From: a bacterium
GTDB lineage: Bacteria > Sysuimicrobiota > Sysuimicrobiia > Sysuimicrobiales > Kaftiobacteriaceae
DNA: 64,000 nucleotides
Direction of reading: 5' to 3'
NCBI GenBank assembly: GCA_044868695.1
Contig: JBIOWP010000105.1
Coordinates: forward strand, 11,346-75,345
The position numbers and the translations under genes are program-made. The notes below the pieces were generated by a model. The model did no database searches. It was not told the DNA's origin and was given only the letters and a program-made list of their open reading frames with translations. Shown piece by piece: positions 49,791 to 59,304 of the stretch; positions within the stretch are counted from its first letter, which is position 1, and every line of letters begins with the position of its first letter.

Positions 49791-50903
49791 ATGGTCGACA
49801 TACGTGAAATCGACGAACTCGCGAAGTCCGGCCGGCAGGACGTCCTCTCCGTATCGCTGGACGTCGATCTGACCAAGCCTGACCACCAGCGGGCCAACCC
49901 CGCCTACCGGATCTGGCTGCGCGGGGCGCTCATGGACATTCTCGAGCAGGTGTCCAGAGAGCGCCGCGCCGACGTGGGTGAGTTGATCGATCGGATTCTG
50001 ACCAGAGTCGACGATCACCGCCACGGACGCGGCCTTGCGATTTTCGCAGCACCGGATCTCTGGCGCGAATACGTCCTGCCCGTTCCGCTGCCCAACCGGG
50101 TTCATTATGGGCAGCCGGATCTCTTTCCGCTGCTGTGGGCGCTGGACGAGTACGAACCCTACGCCGTTCTTGCGGTTGACCGCGGGCAGGCACGGCTTCT
50201 CGTCATGCATCTGGGACAGACGGATGTGGTCGACCAGGATGTGCTGGTTCTGGAGACCGGCGACTGGCGCAAGACTTCGGGCCGGTCCCCAACCTACACA
50301 AAGCGGACGGGAACTGGGGCAACCCGCGGCGCTCAGCGAGACGTCTTCGATGCCCGAGTAGACGAGCAGGAACGCCGCTTTTGGCGCAGCGCTGCGGCGA
50401 CGGCCCGCCGGACCATGCAGGACCTGGGGATCAGCCGCCTGATCATCGCAGGCCCGCCTGAGACCACCGCGGCTGTTGCCGGCCTCCTCGAGCACGCTGG
50501 TCCGGTCCAGGTCGTGGCGGTGGTACCCGCGCCGCCATCGGCCAGTATCCCCCAGCTTAGAGAGCTGACGCTTCAGGCGGCGCTGGCAGAGGAGCACCGA
50601 CGCGAGCAAAGTCTTGTGGCGGCGCTGATGGAGCGGCTGGGAAGCCCGGCGGGAGCAGTTGTGGGTCTGACGGCCACGCTCGAGGCGCTGACGAGAGGGC
50701 AGGCGCAGGTGGTGATCGTGGATCCCGGTCACCAGGCAGTCCGCGCGCAGATACTCTCAGAGCTGCCGCTGCTGGCCCGCCGGCATGGCGCCGCGCTAGA
50801 GATGGTCAGTGGCGAGGCAGCACGGCGGCTTGCGCCCCACGAAGGCGTCGGGGCCATCCTTCGGTACACCACAACAGCAGAACCAGCGGGGAGTAGGAAC
50901 TAG
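49791..50903 (+). CDS. eRF1/Pelota-like three-domain protein (baeRF-type bacterial release-factor homolog)
   Basis: 370 aa. Central region YAVLAVDRGQARLLVMHLGQ...KRTGTGATRGAQRDVFDARVDEQERRFWR parallels eRF1 domain 2 (DGQGTLFGSLSG...[30 protein letters not shown]) with GAQ in the GGQ position. N- and C-domains have compatible lengths. Confidence 0.6.
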   Translation: MVDIREIDELAKSGRQDVLSVSLDVDLTKPDHQRANPAYRIWLRGALMDILEQVSRERRADVGELIDRILTRVDDHRHGRGLAIFAAPDLWREYVLPVPLPNRVHYGQPDLFPLLWALDEYEPYAVLAVDRGQARLLVMHLGQTDVVDQDVLVLETGDWRKTSGRSPTYTKRTGTGATRGAQRDVFDARVDEQERRFWRSAAATARRTMQDLGISRLIIAGPPETTAAVAGLLEHAGPVQVVAVVPAPPSASIPQLRELTLQAALAEEHRREQSLVAALMERLGSPAGAVVGLTATLEALTRGQAQVVIVDPGHQAVRAQILSELPLLARRHGAALEMVSGEAARRLAPHEGVGAILRYTTTAEPAGSRN

Positions 50904-50941
50904 AACCAACGCCGCCGCATCGAACACACCGTGGGGAGATC

Positions 50942-51934
50942 GTGATGCTCCGGCTGGGACTTGCGGGCGACGTGATGCTGGGCCGGCTGGTGGATCGGTA
51001 TGTGCTGGCCGATCCGGCGCGTGGTCCGGGATTTGTCTGGGGCGACACGCTGTCGCTCTGGGCTCAGATGGACCTGCGGATGGTGAACCTGGAATGCGTG
51101 ATCGCCGCCACGGGGGAGCCCTGGATCCCCAAAGCATTCCAGTTCCGCGCACGCCCCGGCGCGGTGGACGTCCTGCGCTCAGCCGGGATCCATCTGGTCA
51201 GCGTGGCAAACAACCACGTTCTCGACTACGGTTACGATGCGCTGCGGGCGTGTCTATCGTTGCTGGGGCACACCTCGATCCGATCCGCCGGCGCAGGACT
51301 GACTCTGCACGAGGCCGCGGCTCCGACCACGGTGTCCGTGGATCGGTGCTCGGTGGCGGTCATCGGCCTCGCCGACGGCGAGCCGGAATGGGAAGCGGCG
51401 CCTGACCGGCCAGGGATCAACTATGTGCGCTGCGATCACACCGGACTGCACGCGCCGTACCGGCAACGGGTGGAGGATGCGCTGGCCCGCGCCCGCGATG
51501 CGGCCCCGTTCGTGATCGTCAGCGCCCACGTGGGGCCGAACTGGGGACCGCCGACTCCTCACATGCGGGCCCTGGCGCATGAAGTCATCGACCTGGGCGC
51601 CGACCTCTACTGGGGGCATTCCAACCATACGGTGCAGGGCATCGAGATCTATCGGGGCCGACCGATCCTGTACGCGTCTGGAGACTTCGTCGACGACTAT
51701 GCGGTGGACCCGCAGCGGCGCAACGATCTGTCGTGTTTCTTTGACCTCGCCGTCGACACCGGCCGGGTGACGTGCATCCGGCTGCACCCCGTGCGGATCG
51801 CCCGATGCCAGGTCAACCTCGCCGCCGGGGAGGACCTGCGCTGGCTGCACGGCTGGCTTCGCGAGCGCATGGCCGAGTGCGGAACGACGCTCGGGTTCGA
51901 CGGCGGTGTCGGCGTTGTCAACATCGCCGATTGA
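50942..51934 (+). CDS. capA: CapA/PgsA-family metallophosphoesterase-fold protein
   Basis: N-terminal GDVMLGR, VNLECV and ANNH motifs of the CapA family. No N-terminal TM segment. Confidence 0.8.
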   Translation: MMLRLGLAGDVMLGRLVDRYVLADPARGPGFVWGDTLSLWAQMDLRMVNLECVIAATGEPWIPKAFQFRARPGAVDVLRSAGIHLVSVANNHVLDYGYDALRACLSLLGHTSIRSAGAGLTLHEAAAPTTVSVDRCSVAVIGLADGEPEWEAAPDRPGINYVRCDHTGLHAPYRQRVEDALARARDAAPFVIVSAHVGPNWGPPTPHMRALAHEVIDLGADLYWGHSNHTVQGIEIYRGRPILYASGDFVDDYAVDPQRRNDLSCFFDLAVDTGRVTCIRLHPVRIARCQVNLAAGEDLRWLHGWLRERMAECGTTLGFDGGVGVVNIAD

Positions 51935-51955
51935 AGTGTCCTGGGGAGGGGCGCT

Positions 51956-52351
51956 ATGAAGAAGAGTGGGATTTTGAACGCCGAATTGATGCGCGTGATC
52001 GCGTCCATGGGGCACACCGATTTGTTGGTAATCGCCGACAGCGGCCTCCCGATTCCCCCGTCCGTTCCCAGGATTGACCTGGCGCTCACCGCCGGTGTCC
52101 CGTCGTTCATGCAGGCGCTGCAGGCGGTGCTTGCCGAGTTGCAGGTGGAGGCCGCGACCATCGCCCAGGAGATGCGCCAGCGCAGCCCGAGTTTCTTTCA
52201 GGCGGTGCAGCAGGCGCTGGGAGCGATTCCGGTGACGCAGGTGTCCCACGAGCAGTTGAAGACGATGCTCCCGCGGGTCCGGGCCGTCGTCCGCACCGGC
52301 GAACAAACGCCGTACGCCAACATCATCGTGCAGAGCGGTGTGACCTTTTGA
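51956..52351 (+). CDS. rbsD: D-ribose pyranase
   Basis: 131 aa. GILNAELMRVIASMGHTDLLVIADSGLPIP matches RbsD. Confidence 0.9.
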   Translation: MKKSGILNAELMRVIASMGHTDLLVIADSGLPIPPSVPRIDLALTAGVPSFMQALQAVLAELQVEAATIAQEMRQRSPSFFQAVQQALGAIPVTQVSHEQLKTMLPRVRAVVRTGEQTPYANIIVQSGVTF

Positions 52352-52373
52352 ACAACGCGAACCGGAATCGTCC

Positions 52374-53870
52374 ATGAACGTTCCTCTCCTGGAGATGACA
52401 CGTATCACCAAGTCCTTCCCCGGTGTACGCGCGCTGCATGAGGTCTCCCTGGACGTGCGGGCCGGCGAGGTCCACGCGCTGGTGGGGGAGAATGGGGCCG
52501 GCAAGTCCACCCTCATGCGCATCCTCGGCGGCGTCTACCAGCGCGACGCCGGCGAGATTCTGTTGCGCGGGCGGTCGGTGGAGATTCGTTCGCCGCTGGA
52601 AGCCCGGACGCATGGGATCAGCATCATCCACCAGGAGCTCAATCAGGTTCCCACCCTGTCGGTGTCCGAGAACATCTTCTTGGGACGCGAGCCGCAGCGG
52701 GTCTTTGGACTGGTGGACCGGGAGGGGATGCACGCGCGCGCGGGCCGCCTGCTGCAGGACCTGGGGCTGCCGATCGACCCCCGGCGGCGCCTCGGCACGC
52801 TGGCCGTGGCGGAGCAGCAACTGGTCGAAATCGCGAAGGCCCTGTCCGTCGAGGCCGAGCTGGTGATCATGGACGAACCGACGGCAGCGCTGACCGTTGA
52901 GGAAACCCATCGGCTGTTCCAGTTCATCCGAGACCTGCGGGCGAGGAATGTGGGGGTGATCTATATCACCCACCGGCTCGAGGAAATCTTCACCATCGCG
53001 GACCGGGTCACCGTCCTCCGCGATGGCCAGCTCGCCGGGACGTATGCCGTCTCGGCGCTCACAATGGATGAGCTCATCCGGCTCATGGTGGGGCGCCGCC
53101 TCACCGAGAAGTTTCCCAAGGAGGCGGTGCCGCAGGGAGCGCCGGTGCTGGAGGTGCGGGGCCTGACGGCGCGGGGGTATTTTGACGACGTCACTTTCGT
53201 CGTCCATCACGGGGAGATTCTCGGCATCGCCGGATTGATCGGCTCCGGAAAGACCGAAGTGGCGCATGCGGTGTTTGGCGCGATCCCGCGCGATCGCGGC
53301 GACATCTCCCTGGACGGGCAGCGGGTGGAGATCCGCTCGCCGGCCGACGCTATCGCCCACGGCATCGGCCTGGTGACCGAGGATCGCAAGCGGCTGGGGC
53401 TGGTGCTGCAGATGAGCGTGCGGGCCAACATCACGCTGCCGATGGTCCGGGCGCTGGGACGCGCGCTGCTCATCCGCCGGTCCGAGGAGTCGGACCTCGT
53501 CGCCTCGGCCATTCGCGAACTCGACATGGCGGTGACGTCGCCGGAACAGCTCGTCCGCAGCCTCAGCGGGGGCACCCAGCAGAAGGTGGTCGTGGCTAAG
53601 TGGCTGGAAACGCATGCGCGTGTGCTGCTGCTGGCCGAGCCGACGCGGGGGATCGACGTAGGCGCCAAAGTCGAGATGTACCGGCTGATGATGGTCCTGG
53701 CCCGGCGCGGGGTTGGCATTGTCATGATCTCCTCCGAGATGCCGGAAATTCTTGGCATGAGCGACCGCATCCTGGTCATGCACGAAGGGCGGATTACGGC
53801 CGAGTTTCCGCGGGAGTCCGCCACCCAGGAAGCGATTCTGGCCTCGGCGACCGGAAGGGTACACCGGTGA
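52374..53870 (+). CDS. rbsA: Ribose ABC transporter ATP-binding protein (duplicated ABC domains)
   Basis: 498 aa. Two Walker A motifs (GENGAGKST; GLIGSGKT), LSGGTQQK signature. Confidence 0.9.
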   Translation: MNVPLLEMTRITKSFPGVRALHEVSLDVRAGEVHALVGENGAGKSTLMRILGGVYQRDAGEILLRGRSVEIRSPLEARTHGISIIHQELNQVPTLSVSENIFLGREPQRVFGLVDREGMHARAGRLLQDLGLPIDPRRRLGTLAVAEQQLVEIAKALSVEAELVIMDEPTAALTVEETHRLFQFIRDLRARNVGVIYITHRLEEIFTIADRVTVLRDGQLAGTYAVSALTMDELIRLMVGRRLTEKFPKEAVPQGAPVLEVRGLTARGYFDDVTFVVHHGEILGIAGLIGSGKTEVAHAVFGAIPRDRGDISLDGQRVEIRSPADAIAHGIGLVTEDRKRLGLVLQMSVRANITLPMVRALGRALLIRRSEESDLVASAIRELDMAVTSPEQLVRSLSGGTQQKVVVAKWLETHARVLLLAEPTRGIDVGAKVEMYRLMMVLARRGVGIVMISSEMPEILGMSDRILVMHEGRITAEFPRESATQEAILASATGRVHR

Positions 53871-54817
53871 TGGCGCAGGCGCGCCTCCAGCTCGGCGCCG
53901 CCGCCACGCTGGTGCGCCGGTTCGGCATCGTCATCGCGTTTGCGGTGCTCATGGCGATCCTCTCGCTGCTGTCGCCGTCCTTTCTGACCGTCTCCAATCT
54001 CCTCAACATCGCGCGGCAGGTCTCGATCAACGCCATCCTGGCCGCTGGGATGACCTTCGTGATTCTCACCGCGGGCATCGATCTCAGCGTCGGGTCGGTG
54101 CTCGCCTGCTCCGGAGCCGTCATGGCCGGACTCCTCGCCGGCGGGACACCGCTGGTGGCGGGTATCGGCGCAGGCCTGATCCTGGGCACGCTGCTGGGGT
54201 TGGTCAACGGCGCCGTCGTGACCAGGGGGAAAGTTCAGCCGTTCATCGCTACGCTCGCGATGCTGACCATCGCTCGGGGAGCCACGCTGGTCTATACAGA
54301 CGGGCGCCCGATTACCGGCCTCCCCGACGCCTTCGTCTGGCTGGGGGCCGGGGACGTCGGCCGGATCCCCGTTCCCGTCATCATCATGGCAGTGGTGTTT
54401 CTGGTCGCTCACTTGATCCTCTCCCGCACGGTGCTGGGGCGATACGTGTACGCGATCGGCGGCAATGAGGAAGCCGCCAGGCTGTCGGGGGTCAATGTGA
54501 TCCGGGTCAAGACCCTCGTGTACGCGATCAGCGGGCTGCTCGCGGCGGTCAGCGGCGTGGTCCTCACCGCCCGGCTGAACTCCGCCCAGCCCACCGCCGG
54601 CTCTGGGTATGAACTCGATGCCATCGCCGCGGTAGTGTTGGGCGGCACGACGCTGGCCGGCGGCGAAGGCAGCATCGGCGGCACGCTGCTGGGCGCCTTC
54701 ATCATCGGAGTGATCAACAATGGTCTCAATCTCCTCAACGTCAACCCGTTCTACCAGCAGGTGGTCAAGGGAGCGGTCATTCTGCTGGCGGTGCTGCTGG
54801 ATCGCCGTCTGAGGTAG
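53867..54817 (+). CDS. rbsC: Ribose ABC transporter permease
   Basis: ATG 53867 overlaps the rbsA stop. 316 aa, about 9 TM, EAA-like loop region. Confidence 0.9.
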   Translation: MMAQARLQLGAAATLVRRFGIVIAFAVLMAILSLLSPSFLTVSNLLNIARQVSINAILAAGMTFVILTAGIDLSVGSVLACSGAVMAGLLAGGTPLVAGIGAGLILGTLLGLVNGAVVTRGKVQPFIATLAMLTIARGATLVYTDGRPITGLPDAFVWLGAGDVGRIPVPVIIMAVVFLVAHLILSRTVLGRYVYAIGGNEEAARLSGVNVIRVKTLVYAISGLLAAVSGVVLTARLNSAQPTAGSGYELDAIAAVVLGGTTLAGGEGSIGGTLLGAFIIGVINNGLNLLNVNPFYQQVVKGAVILLAVLLDRRLR

Positions 54818-54958
54818 GCCTGGCACGGCATCGGCAGGAGGCTCGCCGGCCGGGGAGAAGCACGACAGCGCCGCCGAATCGGGCCGCGGCCCGATTGTTC
54901 CTCTATGGAACCCTCCGTAGGCTGAAAGACGCTGGATACCTTGAAGGAGGGAGAATGT

Positions 54959-55855
54959 ATGCGAAGAGGAGTGTTGGTGGTTGCAGTGCTGCTCGTGCTG
55001 ACGGTTCTGCCGCTGTACGCGGCTGCCCCGCCGACGGTAGGCCTGTCGATTTCGACCCTGAACAACCCGTTCTTCGTCGACCTGCGCGACGGGGCACAGG
55101 CGGCGGCCAGGAAAGCGAACGTCACGCTCATCGTCCTGGACGCGCAGAACGACTCGGCGCGCGAAGCGAGCCAGATTGAAGATCTCATTCAGAAGAAGGC
55201 GACCGTGATCGCGATCAACCCTACCGACAGTGACGCGATCGTCCCGACCATCAAGAAGATCAACACCGCGAAGATTCCAGTCATCACTGTCGACCGTGGT
55301 GCGAACGGCGGAGACGTCGCGGCGCACATCGCATCAGACAACGTCGCGGGCGGCATGATGGCCGCGGAGTACGTCGGCAAGCGGCTGAACGGCAAAGGCA
55401 GCGTCGTGATGCTGGAAGGGATCGCCGGGACGTCCGCGGCACGGGACCGCGGCAAAGGCTTCCGCGACGGACTCAAGAAGTTCCCCGGCATCATGCTGGT
55501 CGCGGTGCAGACGGCGGATTTTGACCGCGCCAAGGGCCTGACCGTCATGGAAAATATCCTGCAGGCGCAGAAGAAAGTCGATGCCGTGTTTGCGCAGAAC
55601 GACGAGATGGCCCTGGGCGCGATCCAGGCCATCCAGGCAGCCAAGCGGCAGCAGGAGACGTTCGTGGTCGGCTTCGACGCGATCGCGGACGCGCTGGCGG
55701 CGGTCAAGAACGGCACGATGGCGGCGACCATCGCGCAGCAGCCCAAGGAGATGGGCCGGCTCGCGGTAGAAGCGGCCGTGAAGATTACGAAGAAACAGGC
55801 GGTGCCGAAGTTTACACCGGTCCCGCTGAAGCTGGTGACGAAGCAAACGATGTGA
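54959..55855 (+). CDS. rbsB: Ribose ABC transporter substrate-binding protein
   Basis: ATG 54959 after GAAGGAGGG. Signal peptide then periplasmic-binding-protein type I fold (ISTLNNPFF; QNDEMALGA). Confidence 0.9.
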   Translation: MRRGVLVVAVLLVLTVLPLYAAAPPTVGLSISTLNNPFFVDLRDGAQAAARKANVTLIVLDAQNDSAREASQIEDLIQKKATVIAINPTDSDAIVPTIKKINTAKIPVITVDRGANGGDVAAHIASDNVAGGMMAAEYVGKRLNGKGSVVMLEGIAGTSAARDRGKGFRDGLKKFPGIMLVAVQTADFDRAKGLTVMENILQAQKKVDAVFAQNDEMALGAIQAIQAAKRQQETFVVGFDAIADALAAVKNGTMAATIAQQPKEMGRLAVEAAVKITKKQAVPKFTPVPLKLVTKQTM

Positions 55856-55925
55856 CCGTGGAGTCGCTTGCGTCCCCGCATGGGGTCCTCCTGTGCGGGG
55901 ACGTTTCGTCTTTGTGAGGTGGGTC

Positions 55926-56867
55926 ATGCCGCGGGTGGCAGTGGTCGGAAGCCTCAACATGGACCTGGTCGTCAGGGCGCCCAAACTTCCTGAGCCGGGG
56001 GAGACGGTGCTGGGCGGAACGTTTGCGACGTTTCCGGGCGGGAAGGGCGCCAACCAAGCGGTCGCCGGGGCGCGGCTCGGGGCATCGGTGGCGATGGTGG
56101 GGAGGATCGGCGATGATGCGTTCGGGCGGCAACTGCGTGACGGACTGGCCAGGGAGGGCATCGACCTGTCGCACCTGCGGACGGATGCGAGCGCCGCCAC
56201 GGGTGTGGCCCTGATCACCGTCGACGCGGCGGGCCGCAACACCGTGATGGTGGCATCCGGCGCCAACATGCGTCTGACGACTGGGGACGTGGACGCGGCC
56301 CGCGAGCTCCTCGCCTCGAGCGAGGTGCTCCTGCTGCAACTGGAGGTGCCCGTCGATGTCGTGGTGCACGCCGCGAGGATGGCTGCCGCATTCGGCTGCC
56401 GTGTGGTCCTCGATCCTGCGCCCGCGCCCTCGCAGCCATTGCCGGACGAGCTCTATCGCGCCGTCGCCGTGCTCAATCCCAACGAAGTTGAGGCCAAGGC
56501 GCTCACCGGAGTCGCCGTCTCGAGTGACGCCGAGGCGCGCCTCGCGGCAGAGACGCTGCTGGCGCGGGGCTGTGGAGCCGCGGTGATCAAGCTCGGGGAG
56601 CGGGGGGCGTACCTGGCTGGCGGCGGCCGGCACGAGGCCGTACCGGCGCCGCGCGTGCGGGCCGTCGATACGACGGCCGCGGGCGACGCCTTTGCGGCCG
56701 CGATGGGCGTCGCACTGGCAGAGGGGCAAGATCTTCCTGCCGCGGTCCGGTTTGCCAACGCGGTCGGCGCGTTTTCAGTTACCCGCATGGGCGCTCAGCC
56801 GTCGATGCCGACACGCGAGGAATTGCACGAGTTTGCGCGTCTGCAGGGGTTGGAGATCGGCGGATAG
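55926..56867 (+). CDS. rbsK: Ribokinase
   Basis: VVGSLNMDLV N-terminus, GGKGANQA, C-terminal DTTAAGDAF anion-hole motif. Confidence 0.9.
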   Translation: MPRVAVVGSLNMDLVVRAPKLPEPGETVLGGTFATFPGGKGANQAVAGARLGASVAMVGRIGDDAFGRQLRDGLAREGIDLSHLRTDASAATGVALITVDAAGRNTVMVASGANMRLTTGDVDAARELLASSEVLLLQLEVPVDVVVHAARMAAAFGCRVVLDPAPAPSQPLPDELYRAVAVLNPNEVEAKALTGVAVSSDAEARLAAETLLARGCGAAVIKLGERGAYLAGGGRHEAVPAPRVRAVDTTAAGDAFAAAMGVALAEGQDLPAAVRFANAVGAFSVTRMGAQPSMPTREELHEFARLQGLEIGG

Positions 56868-56927
56868 TAAGGGGCGCGGCATACCTTGTGGACGGGGGGT
56901 ATACTGCCAGGTAGGAAGGGAGAACGC

Positions 56928-58895
56928 ATGCCGTCGACCAGCGAGACCGGGGCGGGTGTGCGCCAGGTTGCCACCCGCCTCGCCGTTCCTGAACGCCGCC
57001 CCAACCCGGCATCGGACCGACTGCGGCACCTGCTGCCCGGCGCCCAGCCCCTGCTGTGCGCCGTGCTCCTGGCTGCGGGAGGGGTCACGGACCGGATCGC
57101 GGGGCACGCACCCGCCATGCCGGTGTATCTCCTTGCCTACCTGGCAGGTGGCGCAGGCAGCGCCGCGTCGGCCTGGGCGTCCCTGCTGCGGCGGCGCATC
57201 GACGTAAATCTGTTGATGCTGCTCGCCGCGGCGGGCGCCGCGCTCCTCGGAGAGTGGTGGGAAGGCGGTGTCCTGCTGCTGCTTTTCTCGCTCAGCAACG
57301 CCCTGGAATACTACGCCATGCACAGGACACGGCGGGCGATCGGCGCCCTGATGACATTACGTCCCCAGGAAGCGACGGTCCGGCGGGACGGTCATGAGGT
57401 GGTCGTGCCGGTCGACGACCTGCGTGTCGGCGAGGTGATGATCGTCGGCCCCTCCGACCGGCTGCCCGCGGACGGCCGGGTCGTGCGGGGACTCTCGAGC
57501 ATCGACCAGTCGCCGATTACCGGCGAATCTGTCCCCGTCGATGTCTCGCCGGGTTCAACCGTCTTTGCGGGAACCATCAACCAGCGCGGCAGCCTGGAGA
57601 TTGAAGTCACGAAGTCGGCGGAGGACACCACGCTGGCCAGGATCATCGCGCTCGTGGAAGAAGCCCAGGCGGCCCAGCCGCCTGCCCAGCGGATGATCGA
57701 CCGATTCGGGCAGTTGTACGCCGTCGGGGTGATCGCCGCCGCCGCCGGCACGTACGCGGTGCTGCGGGCTCTCGCCGCGCCCGGCGACGTGGCGTTCTAC
57801 CGGGCCATCACGCTCCTGGTGGTGGCGTCACCGTGCGCCGTGGTGATCGCGACACCGGCGGCCGTCCTATCGGCGATCGCCGCGGGGGCGCGCCAAGGGG
57901 TCTTGTTCAAGGGCGGCGTCCATCTGGAGCAACTCGCGGCGGTCAGAACGGTGGTTTTCGACAAGACGGGGACCCTGACGGCGGGTAAGCCGATTGTCAC
58001 CGACGTGATCCCAGTCGTCGGGGACTCGCGCGAAATCCTTCAGCTCGCCGGCGCCCTGGAGCAGCGGTCCGAGCACGCGCTCGCCGAAGCGGTCGTCCAG
58101 GCGTGCCGAAGCCGGGGGATCGGCCTGTTATCCCCGGAGACCTTCGAGGCTGTGACCGGGCGTGGAGTGCGCGGGCGCGTCGGGCGGCAGACGGTGCGCG
58201 TCGGCAGCGAGCAGTTCATGACCGACGAAAGCATCTCGATGTCCAATGGGACGCGCGCTCATGTGGCCCTGCTGCGCCACGAGGGCAAGACGCCGATCCT
58301 CGTCGCGACCGATGAGGTGATTGGCATCCTGGCTGTTGCCGACACGGTCCGACCTCAGGCGAACACCGCGATCCGGGCGCTGCGGGCGCAGGGCATCGAC
58401 CGGATCGCCGTCCTCACGGGAGATCACCGGGAGGTGGCCGACGCCATCGCAGGCGGCCTCGAGATCGACGACGTGCGCGCGGGCCTGCTGCCGGACGAGA
58501 AGGCGTCCGCGGTCCGCGAGTTGACCGCACAGGGCCCGACCGCGATGGTCGGGGACGGCATCAATGACGCGCCGGCACTGGCGACCGCGAGCGTCGGGAT
58601 TGCGATGGGCGCTGCGGGCACCGATGCCGCGATGGAGACGGCGGATGTCGTGCTTATGGGCGACGATCTCACGCGCCTCCCGTACGCCATCGCACTGTCC
58701 CGGCGAACCCGGCGCGTGGTTCTGCAAAGCCTCAGCTTCGCCGCGCTTGTGATTGCCGTGCTCATCACCGCGTCGCTGGGATTCGGCCTGCGGCTCGCCT
58801 TCGGGGTGGTGGGGCACGAGGGCAGCACGGTCGTCGTCGTGCTCAACGGGCTCAGGCTGCTCCGGTTCAGCAGGCGGTCTGCGGGAGTGGACTAG
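56928..58895 (+). CDS. P1B-type heavy-metal translocating ATPase with SPC transmembrane motif (P1B-4-like, Co/Ni/Zn class), no N-terminal metal-binding domain
   Basis: ATG 56928 after [12 protein letters not shown] in TM6 (VVASPCAVVIAT), DKTGTLT, GDGINDAPAL. No CxxC domain. TATACT at 56900..56905. Confidence 0.85.
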   Translation: MPSTSETGAGVRQVATRLAVPERRPNPASDRLRHLLPGAQPLLCAVLLAAGGVTDRIAGHAPAMPVYLLAYLAGGAGSAASAWASLLRRRIDVNLLMLLAAAGAALLGEWWEGGVLLLLFSLSNALEYYAMHRTRRAIGALMTLRPQEATVRRDGHEVVVPVDDLRVGEVMIVGPSDRLPADGRVVRGLSSIDQSPITGESVPVDVSPGSTVFAGTINQRGSLEIEVTKSAEDTTLARIIALVEEAQAAQPPAQRMIDRFGQLYAVGVIAAAAGTYAVLRALAAPGDVAFYRAITLLVVASPCAVVIATPAAVLSAIAAGARQGVLFKGGVHLEQLAAVRTVVFDKTGTLTAGKPIVTDVIPVVGDSREILQLAGALEQRSEHALAEAVVQACRSRGIGLLSPETFEAVTGRGVRGRVGRQTVRVGSEQFMTDESISMSNGTRAHVALLRHEGKTPILVATDEVIGILAVADTVRPQANTAIRALRAQGIDRIAVLTGDHREVADAIAGGLEIDDVRAGLLPDEKASAVRELTAQGPTAMVGDGINDAPALATASVGIAMGAAGTDAAMETADVVLMGDDLTRLPYAIALSRRTRRVVLQSLSFAALVIAVLITASLGFGLRLAFGVVGHEGSTVVVVLNGLRLLRFSRRSAGVD

Positions 58896-59176
58896 CGGGT
58901 CTTCTTGCGGGCCAGGATCTTCTCAGCCAGTGCCGTCAGCCAGGCGTTCTCCCGCAGCGCGGAGCGGTGGAGACGGCGGTCACGCGCGGCGCCCTCGCGG
59001 ATCGAGGCGAGGGTCCGGTGGTGCTGGCGGGCTTCCTGGCGGAGCCGGGAGCGCGTAACCCGTCCCGACTGCCGCTCACGGTGCAGGGCAAGCTTATGCT
59101 CGTCACCGGCGTGCACCGCACTGTGTTCCCCGAGCATCACGCTGCTGTACCAGAGCCGTCTGGCCATCTGCCTCAC
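58892..59176 (-). CDS. Hypothetical small basic protein
   Basis: 94-aa Arg-rich ORF convergent with the ATPase, overlapping its stop by 4 nt. Coding status uncertain. Confidence 0.35.
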   Translation of the reverse strand: MRQMARRLWYSSVMLGEHSAVHAGDEHKLALHRERQSGRVTRSRLRQEARQHHRTLASIREGAARDRRLHRSALRENAWLTALAEKILARKKTR

Positions 59177-59304
59177 CCCAGGCCAGCGTAGGCTCCAAGC
59201 GTTATTGGCGCCTATCAGGCGGCGAGCCGATTCGGCATAGGGTCCGGACCCGATGGGGCGGTCTGATAGGACGCCCTCCCCGCCGGGCCGAAGAGAGCAG
59301 CGGT

